A DNA stretch of 64,000 bases from a bacterium (lineage in GTDB: Bacteria > Electryoneota > Electryoneia > Electryoneales > Electryoneaceae): assembly GCA_963669175.1 (NCBI GenBank), contig OY769902.1:4960001-5024000 (forward strand), read 5' to 3'. The notes beneath the pieces are model-generated. The model did no database searches and had not been told where the DNA came from. It saw only the letters and a list, made by a program, of their open reading frames with translations. The position numbers and the translations under genes were made by a program. Positions 9,913-20,200 of the stretch are shown in pieces (positions within the stretch are counted from its first letter, which is position 1; the number at the start of each line of letters is the position of its first letter).

Positions 9913-11277
9913 GTGGCAACATACTCAACATGGAAGTATTGGAAACCAGGCATGGATGTTATATACGAAGTATTCGACCTGACCACGGATGGACGTGGTG
10001 TTGCCCGTCAGCCCAATGGACGCATTGTCTTCATTACCGGCGCTCTTCCCGGCGATAAAGTCATCGCCCATATTCACCAGGCTGAGGTTAAAGGACCGTT
10101 ATCAGGCTGGGTCGAAGAGGTGATAGTCGCCTCGCCACACCGGGTGGAGCATCCCTGTCCACATTTCCGTGACGGCTGCATTGCCTCCCCTCTCGGAGCT
10201 CTGCAATACGAACGTGCGCTAGACCTGAAACAACGCTCTGTGACCGAGGTCCTGAAGCGGATCGGACGCATCGCCGAACCGCCCGTCGCTCCGATTATTC
10301 CGTCTCCTGATCCCTGGGGGTATCGTGACCGAGTCGAACTCGCGCTGGAATGGAACGATTCTGCATGGCTTACTGGCTACCGTTCCCTGGACAACCTGAT
10401 CCCGATCCAGGACTGCCTGCTGACATCGCAACCGGTTCGCAACGCGCTGATACGTATCGCTGAATTGCTGGCAAATGGTGAGTTACCTGCTCCCGAAGGA
10501 CGTTGGCAGGGCGGCATGCGTCTGCTACTGCGTGACAATGGCAACAACGGCGCTGTTGCTGTCCTGTTTGTAATCGCTCAACGAGCCGTATCCGTTGAGC
10601 CACTCGAAAACCTGCTGAACCGGGCAGACCTGGCTGGCTGGCAGATTCGAAGGGCCAAGAATGTCAATTCACGCCTGTTCGCGTCGGTTTTGGAAACGGA
10701 AGCGGGGAACAGTTCTGTCGCTATTCCGATGGGCAGCCAGATGATGTCGATGGCGCCGGTAGCCTTTGCGCAGGCAAATCGAAGCGCTGCGGATACCATG
10801 CTGGAGAAAATCCTGGAGTTCGTTCCTACAGATGCCAACCTGCTGGATCTATACGGCGGATTCGGCTTCTTCGGGCTGCATCATGCCTTGAGGGGCGGAC
10901 GGGCTACCGTGGTGGAATCCTCCCAGGACGCCATCACGAACGGGCTGGCTTTCGCAACAGAAAAGGGATTGCCGGTTCATTATATCGTCAGCAATCTTGA
11001 TCGTCCCAATTCCCTTCGGACCAACCTGAACCATTTCAATGTGATTCTGCTTGATCCGCCACGAAAAGGCGCACATCGTCATATCCTGAGCCAGATCAAC
11101 CGGAAAGGACCGGGGACACTGATCTATGTATCCTGTCACGCTGCGGCGTTGGCACGCGACCTGGAACGCTTGCCGATGTACCGTCCGGTTCGCTTCTTCC
11201 CGGTAGACCTTTTCCCGCAAACGCCGGACGTGGAAGTGGTTGCAGTCTTCGAAAGAAAGCTGAAACATCGGGAATAG
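9913..11277 (+). CDS. TRAM-domain RNA (uracil-5)-methyltransferase, RlmD/TrmA family
   Basis: GRGVAR...GALPGD (TRAM), FAQAN, DLYGGFG, LDPPRKG, YVSC, DLFPQT. Confidence 0.9.
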   Translation: MATYSTWKYWKPGMDVIYEVFDLTTDGRGVARQPNGRIVFITGALPGDKVIAHIHQAEVKGPLSGWVEEVIVASPHRVEHPCPHFRDGCIASPLGALQYERALDLKQRSVTEVLKRIGRIAEPPVAPIIPSPDPWGYRDRVELALEWNDSAWLTGYRSLDNLIPIQDCLLTSQPVRNALIRIAELLANGELPAPEGRWQGGMRLLLRDNGNNGAVAVLFVIAQRAVSVEPLENLLNRADLAGWQIRRAKNVNSRLFASVLETEAGNSSVAIPMGSQMMSMAPVAFAQANRSAADTMLEKILEFVPTDANLLDLYGGFGFFGLHHALRGGRATVVESSQDAITNGLAFATEKGLPVHYIVSNLDRPNSLRTNLNHFNVILLDPPRKGAHRHILSQINRKGPGTLIYVSCHAAALARDLERLPMYRPVRFFPVDLFPQTPDVEVVAVFERKLKHRE

Positions 11278-11357
11278 AACTGCTTGATTCACAAGATGAG
11301 CAGGATTGTAAACGATGGTCAGGATGTAATCTCTTGATGGCATACCTTAACACGTAT

Positions 11358-12239
11358 CTACACCGGCACTATCAATGGCAATCCGCCCGGTTCGATCTCC
11401 AGGGAAACCGGCAGTTGGACAAAGGGTTCGCCATCAGAGAAAGTCACATCCTGTCCACGGGACAACATGGTGATTTTTGCTGTCCGTGAACGATGTACCG
11501 AGACTTGCGGCACCAGGATATGCTGCCCGGAAAAGATCTTTGGGAAAAGACGCAACAGGGTGAATGGATTAACCGGATCAACCGTAATCACATCAAACAA
11601 GCCGTCACGAGGATCCGCAGCCGGGGCGATTTTCATCCCGCCCCCGTAGTGAACACCATTGGCAAACGTAGCCATCATGTACCGTCCTTCCAGCACGGTA
11701 TCATCCAGTTCGATACGCAGTATCATGGGACGGTAACTGACCAATGCCCGGACCACGTTCCAGGTGTAGCAGATCGCCCCACCAAGGAGACACTTGCCAT
11801 CATGGGTCAGCTTGGCAACCAGGGCGTCGAAACCGACATAGGCTCCGGAAAGGAAAGGAATGCCATTCGCGGTGGGAAGATCAAAGGCTTTTATCTTCAC
11901 CCGTCGCATGGCTTTACAGGCCTCTTCCAACCCGTGCGGCAGGTCGAAATTGCGTGAGGTGTCGTTACCACGTCCTGCCGGGAGCACTCCCAATGGCAAA
12001 CGTGTGGCATTGAGCCCGATCAGGACATCATGAATCGTCCCGTCGCCTCCGCAGGCCAGCACCCCCTCGAAACCTTCCGCTTCAGCGTTGTGGGCTTCTT
12101 CCAGCAGAGCATCACGTGAGGCTGGAATCACAAACTCGTAGGTATGAACTCCCCCGGGCAACCATCGACGGATATCCGGCAGGTGCCGTACACTGCCCCC
12201 GCCAGCCGCGGCAGGATTCAGGATGACTTTCAGTCGCAT
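11358..12239 (-). CDS. diacylglycerol kinase family lipid kinase (YegS/BmrU)
   Basis: NPAA, GGDGT, LPAGRGND, YGGG, DGE motifs. Confidence 0.93.
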   Translation of the reverse strand: MRLKVILNPAAAGGGSVRHLPDIRRWLPGGVHTYEFVIPASRDALLEEAHNAEAEGFEGVLACGGDGTIHDVLIGLNATRLPLGVLPAGRGNDTSRNFDLPHGLEEACKAMRRVKIKAFDLPTANGIPFLSGAYVGFDALVAKLTHDGKCLLGGAICYTWNVVRALVSYRPMILRIELDDTVLEGRYMMATFANGVHYGGGMKIAPAADPRDGLFDVITVDPVNPFTLLRLFPKIFSGQHILVPQVSVHRSRTAKITMLSRGQDVTFSDGEPFVQLPVSLEIEPGGLPLIVPV

Positions 12240-12351
12240 GAGATTACAGGTGTTTAGTGAGCTACCGCTTGCCCTGCGTTTATGGGCGTCCTACCTTAAA
12301 TGCTCGAAAGTAAGGCTTTCGGAGCAGAATTCATACACTTGGAGACAGGTT

Positions 12352-13890
12352 ATGTCCTTTTATGGCTACAAGCGATTTCTGAACAGGTACCTTGGGCTCT
12401 GTGCTATGGCATTGTTGATCTCAGTGGCGGTTCTGTCGGGTTGCGGAGGCCTGGAACTGACACCGGAAGCCTTTCTGCAACAGTATAATGCCGAGAACAA
12501 TGAGGATTCCCTGATCACGCTGTGCAGGACATACCTGGACGCTACCATTGATGAGCATAACGGATTTAACCTGGCCAGGCTGGTCGCTCATAAATGGGAT
12601 GAAATTGACCCGAACGGACTGCAAGCCTACCTGCAAAACCTGCATGCGGAAGACCCTGTTGTCGTTCGTTACATCTATCTGCTTGCCGAGAATACCGATG
12701 ATCCGATGAAACGCCTGAATTACCTGCGTGAAGTTATCCGTCTCTCCCCCGTCTGGCCGCTTGGCTACATAGCAATCTGCCAATCGTACATCGCGGAACT
12801 CTTTTCACTGCCCGAGTGGGAACGCAAAGACCATCCGTACAACGATGAACTGCAGAAAGATATCGGCAAATTCTTTTCCCTTTCGAAGTTTGATCCGGAC
12901 AATCCGGATGCCTACGAATATGAATACCGTTACCTGCTGTTTTCCGGGAAAGCGGATGAGGCGGGGCGTGTTCTGGCGCATTCTACGACGTTAGGCGCTC
13001 AATGGATTCGTCCGCTTGACTGGGCCAATGTTTATGCCCAGCAACGTAAAGACGACCTGATGCGACGCGAAATCATCAAGGAAGTCGCACGTCGTATCAG
13101 TGAAGGGCAGGTAACCGAGGCAAACCGTACCGCTGAAGAATACAGATTGACTCTGGACGTATTGGTCAATGCACAGCGCGGAGAAGATGCCGTCACACGC
13201 ATCAAACAGGAAAAGAACTGGAAAAAGGATCCTGACATACTCTACCAATTGGCCCACACCCAGGCTGCGACCGGGAAGAATACGGAGGCGCTATCCAGTC
13301 TCGAAAAGGCTGTTGATTTGGGATGGAACCATATTGAGGTGATCACCGACGAGCTTGTTTTCGCCGACTTGCATAAACACGGGAAATGGAAAAAACTGGT
13401 CGCCCAGATTCAACACAAATGGGATCGCGGTCAGTCATACCGGAAAAAGCATGTTCTTTCCGAACGGATTTCCAAATCGGTTCGTCCCTGGAGCTTCTGC
13501 ACGTCCACCGGGGATACGTTGACCTCGCAGGAAACTTTCGGCAAGGTAGTCGTACTGGACTTCTGGAGCGAACGCTGTGAAGCATGCACGGAAACTGTCA
13601 TGCCTGTGATCAACGATATTGCGAAAGAATTCGACGGGAATGAGCAGGTGCAGGTGTATTCCGTACGCATCTGGGACAAGGGTGTAAAGGTGCATATGGC
13701 CATGTTTAAGGAAAAGAACTACGCCATGACTCCCCTTTTCGCCAACGCTCAGCAGACTGCGGATTTCGGCGTGGAACAATTGCCTTATACTTGTGTCATC
13801 GACAAGTCCGGGACAATACGCTTTGAATTACATGGGCTCCATGAAGGAATGAAGGAGAAACTGACCTGGATGATTCAGTCGCTGCAGTAG
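12352..13890 (+). CDS. TPR-like lipoprotein with C-terminal TlpA/redoxin domain
   Basis: Lipobox LSGC; helical repeats; VVVLDFWSERCEAC. Confidence 0.8.
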   Translation: MSFYGYKRFLNRYLGLCAMALLISVAVLSGCGGLELTPEAFLQQYNAENNEDSLITLCRTYLDATIDEHNGFNLARLVAHKWDEIDPNGLQAYLQNLHAEDPVVVRYIYLLAENTDDPMKRLNYLREVIRLSPVWPLGYIAICQSYIAELFSLPEWERKDHPYNDELQKDIGKFFSLSKFDPDNPDAYEYEYRYLLFSGKADEAGRVLAHSTTLGAQWIRPLDWANVYAQQRKDDLMRREIIKEVARRISEGQVTEANRTAEEYRLTLDVLVNAQRGEDAVTRIKQEKNWKKDPDILYQLAHTQAATGKNTEALSSLEKAVDLGWNHIEVITDELVFADLHKHGKWKKLVAQIQHKWDRGQSYRKKHVLSERISKSVRPWSFCTSTGDTLTSQETFGKVVVLDFWSERCEACTETVMPVINDIAKEFDGNEQVQVYSVRIWDKGVKVHMAMFKEKNYAMTPLFANAQQTADFGVEQLPYTCVIDKSGTIRFELHGLHEGMKEKLTWMIQSLQ

Positions 13891-14018
13891 CGAATTTTGC
13901 GAATAGAATGTGTCCTGCAACAATCCGGGATTGCAACCGGGATCACCACACCAGTATGTTTAGTTTTATATATTTAGACAGGCTATTCAGTTAAACATGA
14001 ACTTGATCAGAGTGTACG

Positions 14019-14900
14019 ATGCCACGGACAAACGCCGCACAGCTTCTCGACATGATTTCTGCCAGGGGCGATCTGCCTACCATGCCCGAGGTGGTGTCCA
14101 GCCTGTTGACCTTGATCGACAATCCCGAATGTCCCATGGAGGAAATTGTCCGGGTCTTGAAAACAGATCCAGCCCTTGTTGGGCGCATCCTGACACTGTC
14201 CAACTCGGCTGAAGGCGACAATCCCCGCCAGACCAGGGTCTCGGACATTACAATCGCAGCCGCGAAGGTGGGACGTGAAGGCATTCGGAAGATTGTCCTT
14301 TCCACCTCGTTGATGGAGCTCTTTGAGCATACGAAGAAGATTGACCAGGCCATGTTCTGGCGTCATTCTTTGGCCGTAGCACTGAACGCACAGTTGCTGT
14401 CACGTATCCTCGGGGAGAATGAGAACAGCCAGCATACGGCCTACCTGACCGGACTCATGCATGATATCGGTTTGCTGGTTTTCGGACACCTGATCCCGAA
14501 ATCTTACGGGAATTTCATCACCAGGATCGCCGGCAACCGTAATCCAAGTCACCAATACCAGTTATGCCTGATGGAAGATGAAGCGTTCGGGATAGACCAT
14601 GCCCGCCTGGGAGCTGCCTACATTGAGGAATGGTGGCCGATTGATCGAACCATCATTATGGGTGTCCGTTATCATCATCCGGAAGTAAACCTGCCGGGAA
14701 ACCTGCCCTTCATCGCAAAGCTGGTAATTGCATCCGACCTGTTCGCTCATTCCAAGCATACCCATAACGGGGTGAATGTGTATCGTGATCCCTTCGACCT
14801 TCACTGCCTGCGTGTGTTGGATATGGATGAGAAACAAATCGAGCGCTTCCTGGATATGGCGCCGATGAATATAGAACTGGCGGCAGATCATGTGTCTTGA
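14019..14900 (+). CDS. HDOD domain protein
   Basis: LPTMPEV, DPALVGRILTLSNS, FWRHSL, GLMHDIG, YHH. Confidence 0.92.
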   Translation: MPRTNAAQLLDMISARGDLPTMPEVVSSLLTLIDNPECPMEEIVRVLKTDPALVGRILTLSNSAEGDNPRQTRVSDITIAAAKVGREGIRKIVLSTSLMELFEHTKKIDQAMFWRHSLAVALNAQLLSRILGENENSQHTAYLTGLMHDIGLLVFGHLIPKSYGNFITRIAGNRNPSHQYQLCLMEDEAFGIDHARLGAAYIEEWWPIDRTIIMGVRYHHPEVNLPGNLPFIAKLVIASDLFAHSKHTHNGVNVYRDPFDLHCLRVLDMDEKQIERFLDMAPMNIELAADHVS

Positions 14901-14949
14901 GTGACACAAAAGAATACCAGTGCAAGTGAGCTTTCAGGTAAAGTCCAAT

Positions 14950-15200
14950 GGAAAATGGGGACTGCTACTCTTTTTCGCTTGCAAGTAGTTTAGTGGCTGC
15001 TAACCATACGTAATAAGCATATATAATTTCCAATTCGCCGGGAAAACACGAGGCGAAAAAGGTAGCTGTCCCGTTCATTTTCCTGCCCGCGACTGTATAA
15101 TTGCAACAAGCGTAAAATTCGGTACAATTCCCTTTTCATCTCGTCTGATTTGACTATCCTTATCCGTGCAGACATGAAAAAGGAACAGTCCCATTTTTCG
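14950..15200. repeat. cluster of short palindromic GGGAC(A/T)G-type repeats
   Basis: 14950-14978 is an inverted copy of 15053-15083; third copy at 15176-15200; related copies at 44160-44320. Confidence 0.6.
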
Positions 15201-15257
15201 CCGAAAACCAGCCTTCATCTTTTCCCGGGATTAACTCTCAGCGCCGCGTCCTAATTC

Positions 15258-16421
15258 CTACGGCAGGAACAACGTCCGCTGAACAACCGTTTCCGCGCCA
15301 CTCTGCAACTGGACAAAATACATCCCGGAACTCATCCCTTCCGGCGACCACGAGAAGCTGCCGGTTCCGCCATTCACCTGCTTTTCTAAGACCAGCTTGC
15401 CAAGCGCATTGTACACATTCACTGTTGCACCTTGACCGGCAGGAGTCTCAAAGCGAACGGAGAGCTGACTGTTAAAGGGAGTCGGCCAGATTGAAAGCTC
15501 CATCGCGGCAGGTAACTCGACCGTTGTCTCAGTGTCAATCGCATGGTCGGGGGCATCGATATAAGCGGCTGTGGGAACATGATCACTTATATAAGTGTGG
15601 TAGGAACCCCATTCGTTTTGAAGCTGTATTGTTTCGCAACTTCCATGATTTTGAAAGATGTCCGTATAGAATTCATCCGTAACCAGGATATGATCGATCA
15701 GACGTCCGGACAATGGATGCGATGCCCAGTTGGAATGTCCCACCATCCATTCATCCAGCCAGACCCAGTTCTGGGGATCATCCAGGAAAACCGGGAACGC
15801 ATTGTAGTTGTCCGAGTCATCCAGCTCATCGTTCCAGTCCCCGGCAATCACCCAGTGGTCCTCGCCGCCGTCCTCGATAATGCCGCCGATATAGTCATGG
15901 AGCAACTCACAGGCATGACGACGCTGTCCCAGGTCATCACTGGTCGTTCCGGCTTTCAGGTGCAGGGTGATAAAGTTGAAGGAGATGGTATCACCATTCT
16001 CATGCATGGTGACCGGTACCTGTATCGGCGGACGTGTCAAATCCGTATTGGCAAATAACTGCGTCATCTCGCCTACGGTTACAGTTTCCGTATTCCAGAG
16101 TATCCCGGTCTTCACATAAAACCCGCCATAGGTGTCGGGTGAATAGATTCCATCCCACCCGGCCAGGTTACTGACGAGCTGATCGAAATCATCGATGGAA
16201 TTGATCTCCTGCATGGCGATCATGTCCAGCTCAAGATCACGGATGAGCAGAGTCAGATAGTTTACGGTCAGGTTGCCACTCAAGGGGAAATTCTCACAAT
16301 TCCAGGTAGCGAAATCGTGGGTCTCATCGGAACCACGTGGATCAACAAGCGCAAAAACGGTTGCCGCACATACCAGTAGTATACCAACGGCAAGCATGCT
16401 AATGCCGGCAAAACGGTGCAT
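15258..16421 (-). CDS. secreted endonuclease/exonuclease/phosphatase (DNase I-like) with T9SS sorting domain
   Basis: TWNCE, MQEI, HLKA, GDWN, IDHI, SDHVP; C-terminal WPTPFN...GMYFV. Confidence 0.9.
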   Translation of the reverse strand: MHRFAGISMLAVGILLVCAATVFALVDPRGSDETHDFATWNCENFPLSGNLTVNYLTLLIRDLELDMIAMQEINSIDDFDQLVSNLAGWDGIYSPDTYGGFYVKTGILWNTETVTVGEMTQLFANTDLTRPPIQVPVTMHENGDTISFNFITLHLKAGTTSDDLGQRRHACELLHDYIGGIIEDGGEDHWVIAGDWNDELDDSDNYNAFPVFLDDPQNWVWLDEWMVGHSNWASHPLSGRLIDHILVTDEFYTDIFQNHGSCETIQLQNEWGSYHTYISDHVPTAAYIDAPDHAIDTETTVELPAAMELSIWPTPFNSQLSVRFETPAGQGATVNVYNALGKLVLEKQVNGGTGSFSWSPEGMSSGMYFVQLQSGAETVVQRTLFLP

Positions 16422-16462
16422 GGAAAACCTCAACAGGTAAAAACACAGTGCTACGATCTCTT

Positions 16463-16732
16463 CTAGTGGACCGGATCACATGAATCGATGGATACTGAGC
16501 TGCGCATCATCGTTCAGGACAAGGCGCATTCCTGAAGGCATAGCGGGTTATTTCAAAGGAATGGAACGCAGTCATGAACGATGAGGCGCGCTCCCTTCGG
16601 GCTTGTCACGAGGCGGCTGTCTGCTGCGTTGATTTCATTTACAGTAACCCGCTACACCTGCATGAAATCGCCTTGCACCCAACTCGCCCGTGACAAGCAG
16701 AACTCCTCGATTCATGTGATCCGTTCCACTAG
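16463..16732. mobile_element. CTAG-ended MITE containing an inverted pair of structured hairpin modules
   Basis: 26-bp TIRs CTAGTGGACCGGATCACATGAATCGA / TCGATTCATGTGATCCGTTCCACTAG (1 mismatch); no credible ORF. Confidence 0.8.
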
Positions 16733-17263
16733 TATACTAAAGGATAGTCCCGGCATTCCATGCTCGAGAGAGTTCCCCTTTCAACGCGGAGCCAGTAAGC
16801 CTCGCAACACGCAACTTCTGCTATATAAAGAAGTTGGACAATATATAAACGTAGACAAAGATCTTCTTCTGCTTACATAATGGATAGTATCAGCTCGATT
16901 TGCGAAACCTCGTCCCATTTGGATGTCAGAAGCAACTGACAATATTGTTGAGCATTCCATTGAATTTCATATAGAAATAGTAGTATCATACGCACTGCAT
17001 TGTTTTTCAAGCTCCAGACGTGGTCGGGTTCAGTTGGTCGATACTGTTGTCCTCAAGCAGAGTCAGAGAGAAGTTTTGAAAATGTTGCGAAAATACTTAA
17101 AGCACATCTTTGATTTCCGAGCGAATGATTGTATACTTTTGTGATCTGGATCACAGCCAATTTCCAGCGTTGCACCTCCTGACTGACTAATCGAGTCCGT
17201 AAGCGAATACTATGCATAATAACCTTTGGTTGCGACCCCAGGGGTGCATTGGATTCGAGGAAC

Positions 17264-20200
17264 ATGCATTCACAGCCTAAGACAACGAACCATATCTTGT
17301 TTCTTACGGTAGCGCTCTTCCTGTTGGCAGGAGTACTATCAGCGTATCTGCTATGTCCAGTCGCTTCCCAGGCTGCGACCAGGGAACTTGGGCAAACCTT
17401 CCTCCATGCCTTTGACCAGAAAGATACGGGTGGCGGGGCTCAGAATTTCGGGGTGGTGCAGGATAAAAACGGCCTGATCTACGTTGCCAACCTGATGCAT
17501 GTCCTTGAGTATGACGGCATGCGCTGGCGGCAGATTTACCATCCACAACGATTTCGTTCTTTATCCGTATGTGTTGATTCCGCCAATACTGTTTTTGTCG
17601 GTTACCAGGGCGACTTTGGTTTTCTCGAACGTGATGCTGTGGGACGCAACCAGTTCCATTCTCTAAAATCTGAACTGCCTGACACCATAGCCAATCCCGG
17701 TTATATCTGGAATGTGACTGCTGATAACCAGCATGTCTATTTCCGTTCTCCAGAAAGACTGTATCGTTGGACCCCAAACGGTTCCTCCCCGGATCAGGGC
17801 CAGCTCAGAATCTGGTCATTCCCGGCAGGAAGCCGGCTGAAGGGACCATTCATCGCCGGGCAAACCTGCCTGGTCTGGCAAAACGGTGTTGGTCTGGTCG
17901 AAGTCTGTTCCGATTCACTTCACCTGTTCCCAAATGGAAATCTGCTTGCGGATATTCCCGTTCGTTGCATGACCCCGTTGTCAGAATCGACATGGCTGTT
18001 GGCGTGTGAGGACAAGGGTTTATACCATTTCGGAAATGGATCCCTGGAACACTTGACCTGCCCCGCTGATGATTACGTCCGCAAACACTTTGCAACAAGC
18101 TGTCAACAGTTGCCGGATGGACGTATCGCATTGGGCACCCGGTATGGTGGGTTGCTTATCATTACTCGGGACGGTCAGATAAGCCGTATCATCGATAAAG
18201 CGATGGGCCTGCCCGATGATAATGTACTCGGCCCGGTATTCGTAGATGATCAGTGGGGGTTGTGGACTCCCCTGAATTACGGCATCGCTCGTGTTGAAGC
18301 TCTTTCGCCACTGGACGAATTTGGCTTCGATACCGGACTGGAAGGCAGCGTCAATTCCATACTTCGCTTCAATAAAACGATCTATGTCGGCACTTCACAG
18401 GGGCTATCCTACCTGGCTCCGGCTTCCAGGGATGGCCGCCCGGCTTCCTTCAAACGTATTCCCGGAGTCCAGGACCGTTGCTGGCAATTGCTCTCGGTTG
18501 CTGGAAACCTGTATGCGATTTTAACAGATGGGATATATAGAATTGTTGATCCAGCCAGGCCGCCTCAATTGGTGTACCAGATTGATATGGCCTACTGCGC
18601 CACTTTATCACCCGACTCCAGTCGCATGTTCATCGGCACCTATAACCAGGGCCTGCATGTCTTGAGAAATCGTGGGAATAGCTGGAAGTATGAAGGAACT
18701 GTACCGGGCACCTCAAAACAGATACTCAGGATGACCACAGACACGGAGAATAATCTGTGGCTGATGGTTGAGTATAAATTTATTGAACGCATTCACGTTG
18801 ATAATTCCACGCCGCCGGACCAATGGAAAGTCGAAGTCTATAACACCTCCGATGGTTTGCCAAAACCCAGCCTCTATTACCCGATTCTGCTGAACGACCA
18901 GCTTTTTGTCGGCTCTGTTCATGGTTTGCACCGTTTCAACGCTGCTTCAAACCGTTTTGTGCCGGATTCATCCCTTGGCGATCCCTTCGGCTCAGGCGAT
19001 AGAGGCCTCTGGAACCTGACCATGGATCCTAAAGGACGGGTATGGTTCAACTCGCAGTTCGCCAAAGGCGCCTATGTTAATATTGGCAAGAAGAAGAAAT
19101 ATGAGTTGAAATACCCGCTGGTTCGAGTAGTCGGCGGGAATTACCTGTGCTTTTACCCGGAACAGAATGGTGATGTCGTATGGGCAGGCAGTGAAGATGG
19201 TCGCCTGATCCGTTATGACCAGACGATACCTTTTCCACCTGAGACACCCTTTCCTGCCCTGATCCGACGTGTAACCATTGGTGGTGACTCCCTGCTCCTG
19301 GATGGGTCGCTGCATGGCGATGAGGAAGCAATGCGTCTTCCCTACTCGCTCAACTCATTCCGGTTTGAGTTCACCATTCCACGCTTTGATGCCCCTGCTG
19401 CGAACAAGTTCGAATACAGGCTGGTGGGATTGAGCGATTCCTGGTCGTCTTGGACGAATGAAATATACAAGGACTTCAACAGCCTTCTGGAAGGACGCTA
19501 CCGTTTCGAAGTCCGCGGCCATGATGTCTATTACCACGAGAGCGAGATCGGCGGGTTTGATTTCATCATCCTCCCACCCTGGTATCGTTCCTACTGGGCA
19601 TACTCGCTCTACGTCCTCCTATTCATCGGTGGAGTGTATCTCCTGATTAAATGGGAAATCCGGCGCGTTGAACAACGCAACCGTCAACTTGAAAAACTTG
19701 TTGAAAAACGTACCGGACAGCTTGCGGAAGCCAATAAGAAGATCCAGGAATACAATGAAACGCTTGAAGAGAAGCTGGAAGAACGGACACGTCACCTGAT
19801 CGTCAGTGAACGACAGGCTGTGTTCGGTCAACTGGTGCAGGGGATTGTGCATAACTTACGGAACCCGTTGACGACAAGCATGAACAGTGTCGAGATCATG
19901 CGCATTGCCCTCGAACGCTTCAAGCATGACAGGTTCGACTCGGCCGAAGATGAAAAGATGATGATGGAAGCGGCCTTTGAGACTGTCAGAAAATCCATAC
20001 GCTGGATGGAACAGGCCAACGATACTCTGAACGACATGATCAACACCCTTTTGACCAAGAGCAGATCAGACAAGGGTGAGAACATGAAACATGTGGACCT
20101 GAATCAACTGGTGGAAAATGAGCTCAAATTCTTGCAGGCCGATCTGCGGTTTAAGAAACTGGCGGCACGCAATCTCGAACTTGAAGACGATGTCTTGTGG

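Noticed and set aside
16581-17144. ORFs 16581-16880 and 16923-17144
   Set aside because: The first overlaps the MITE; neither has an RBS or recognisable protein features.
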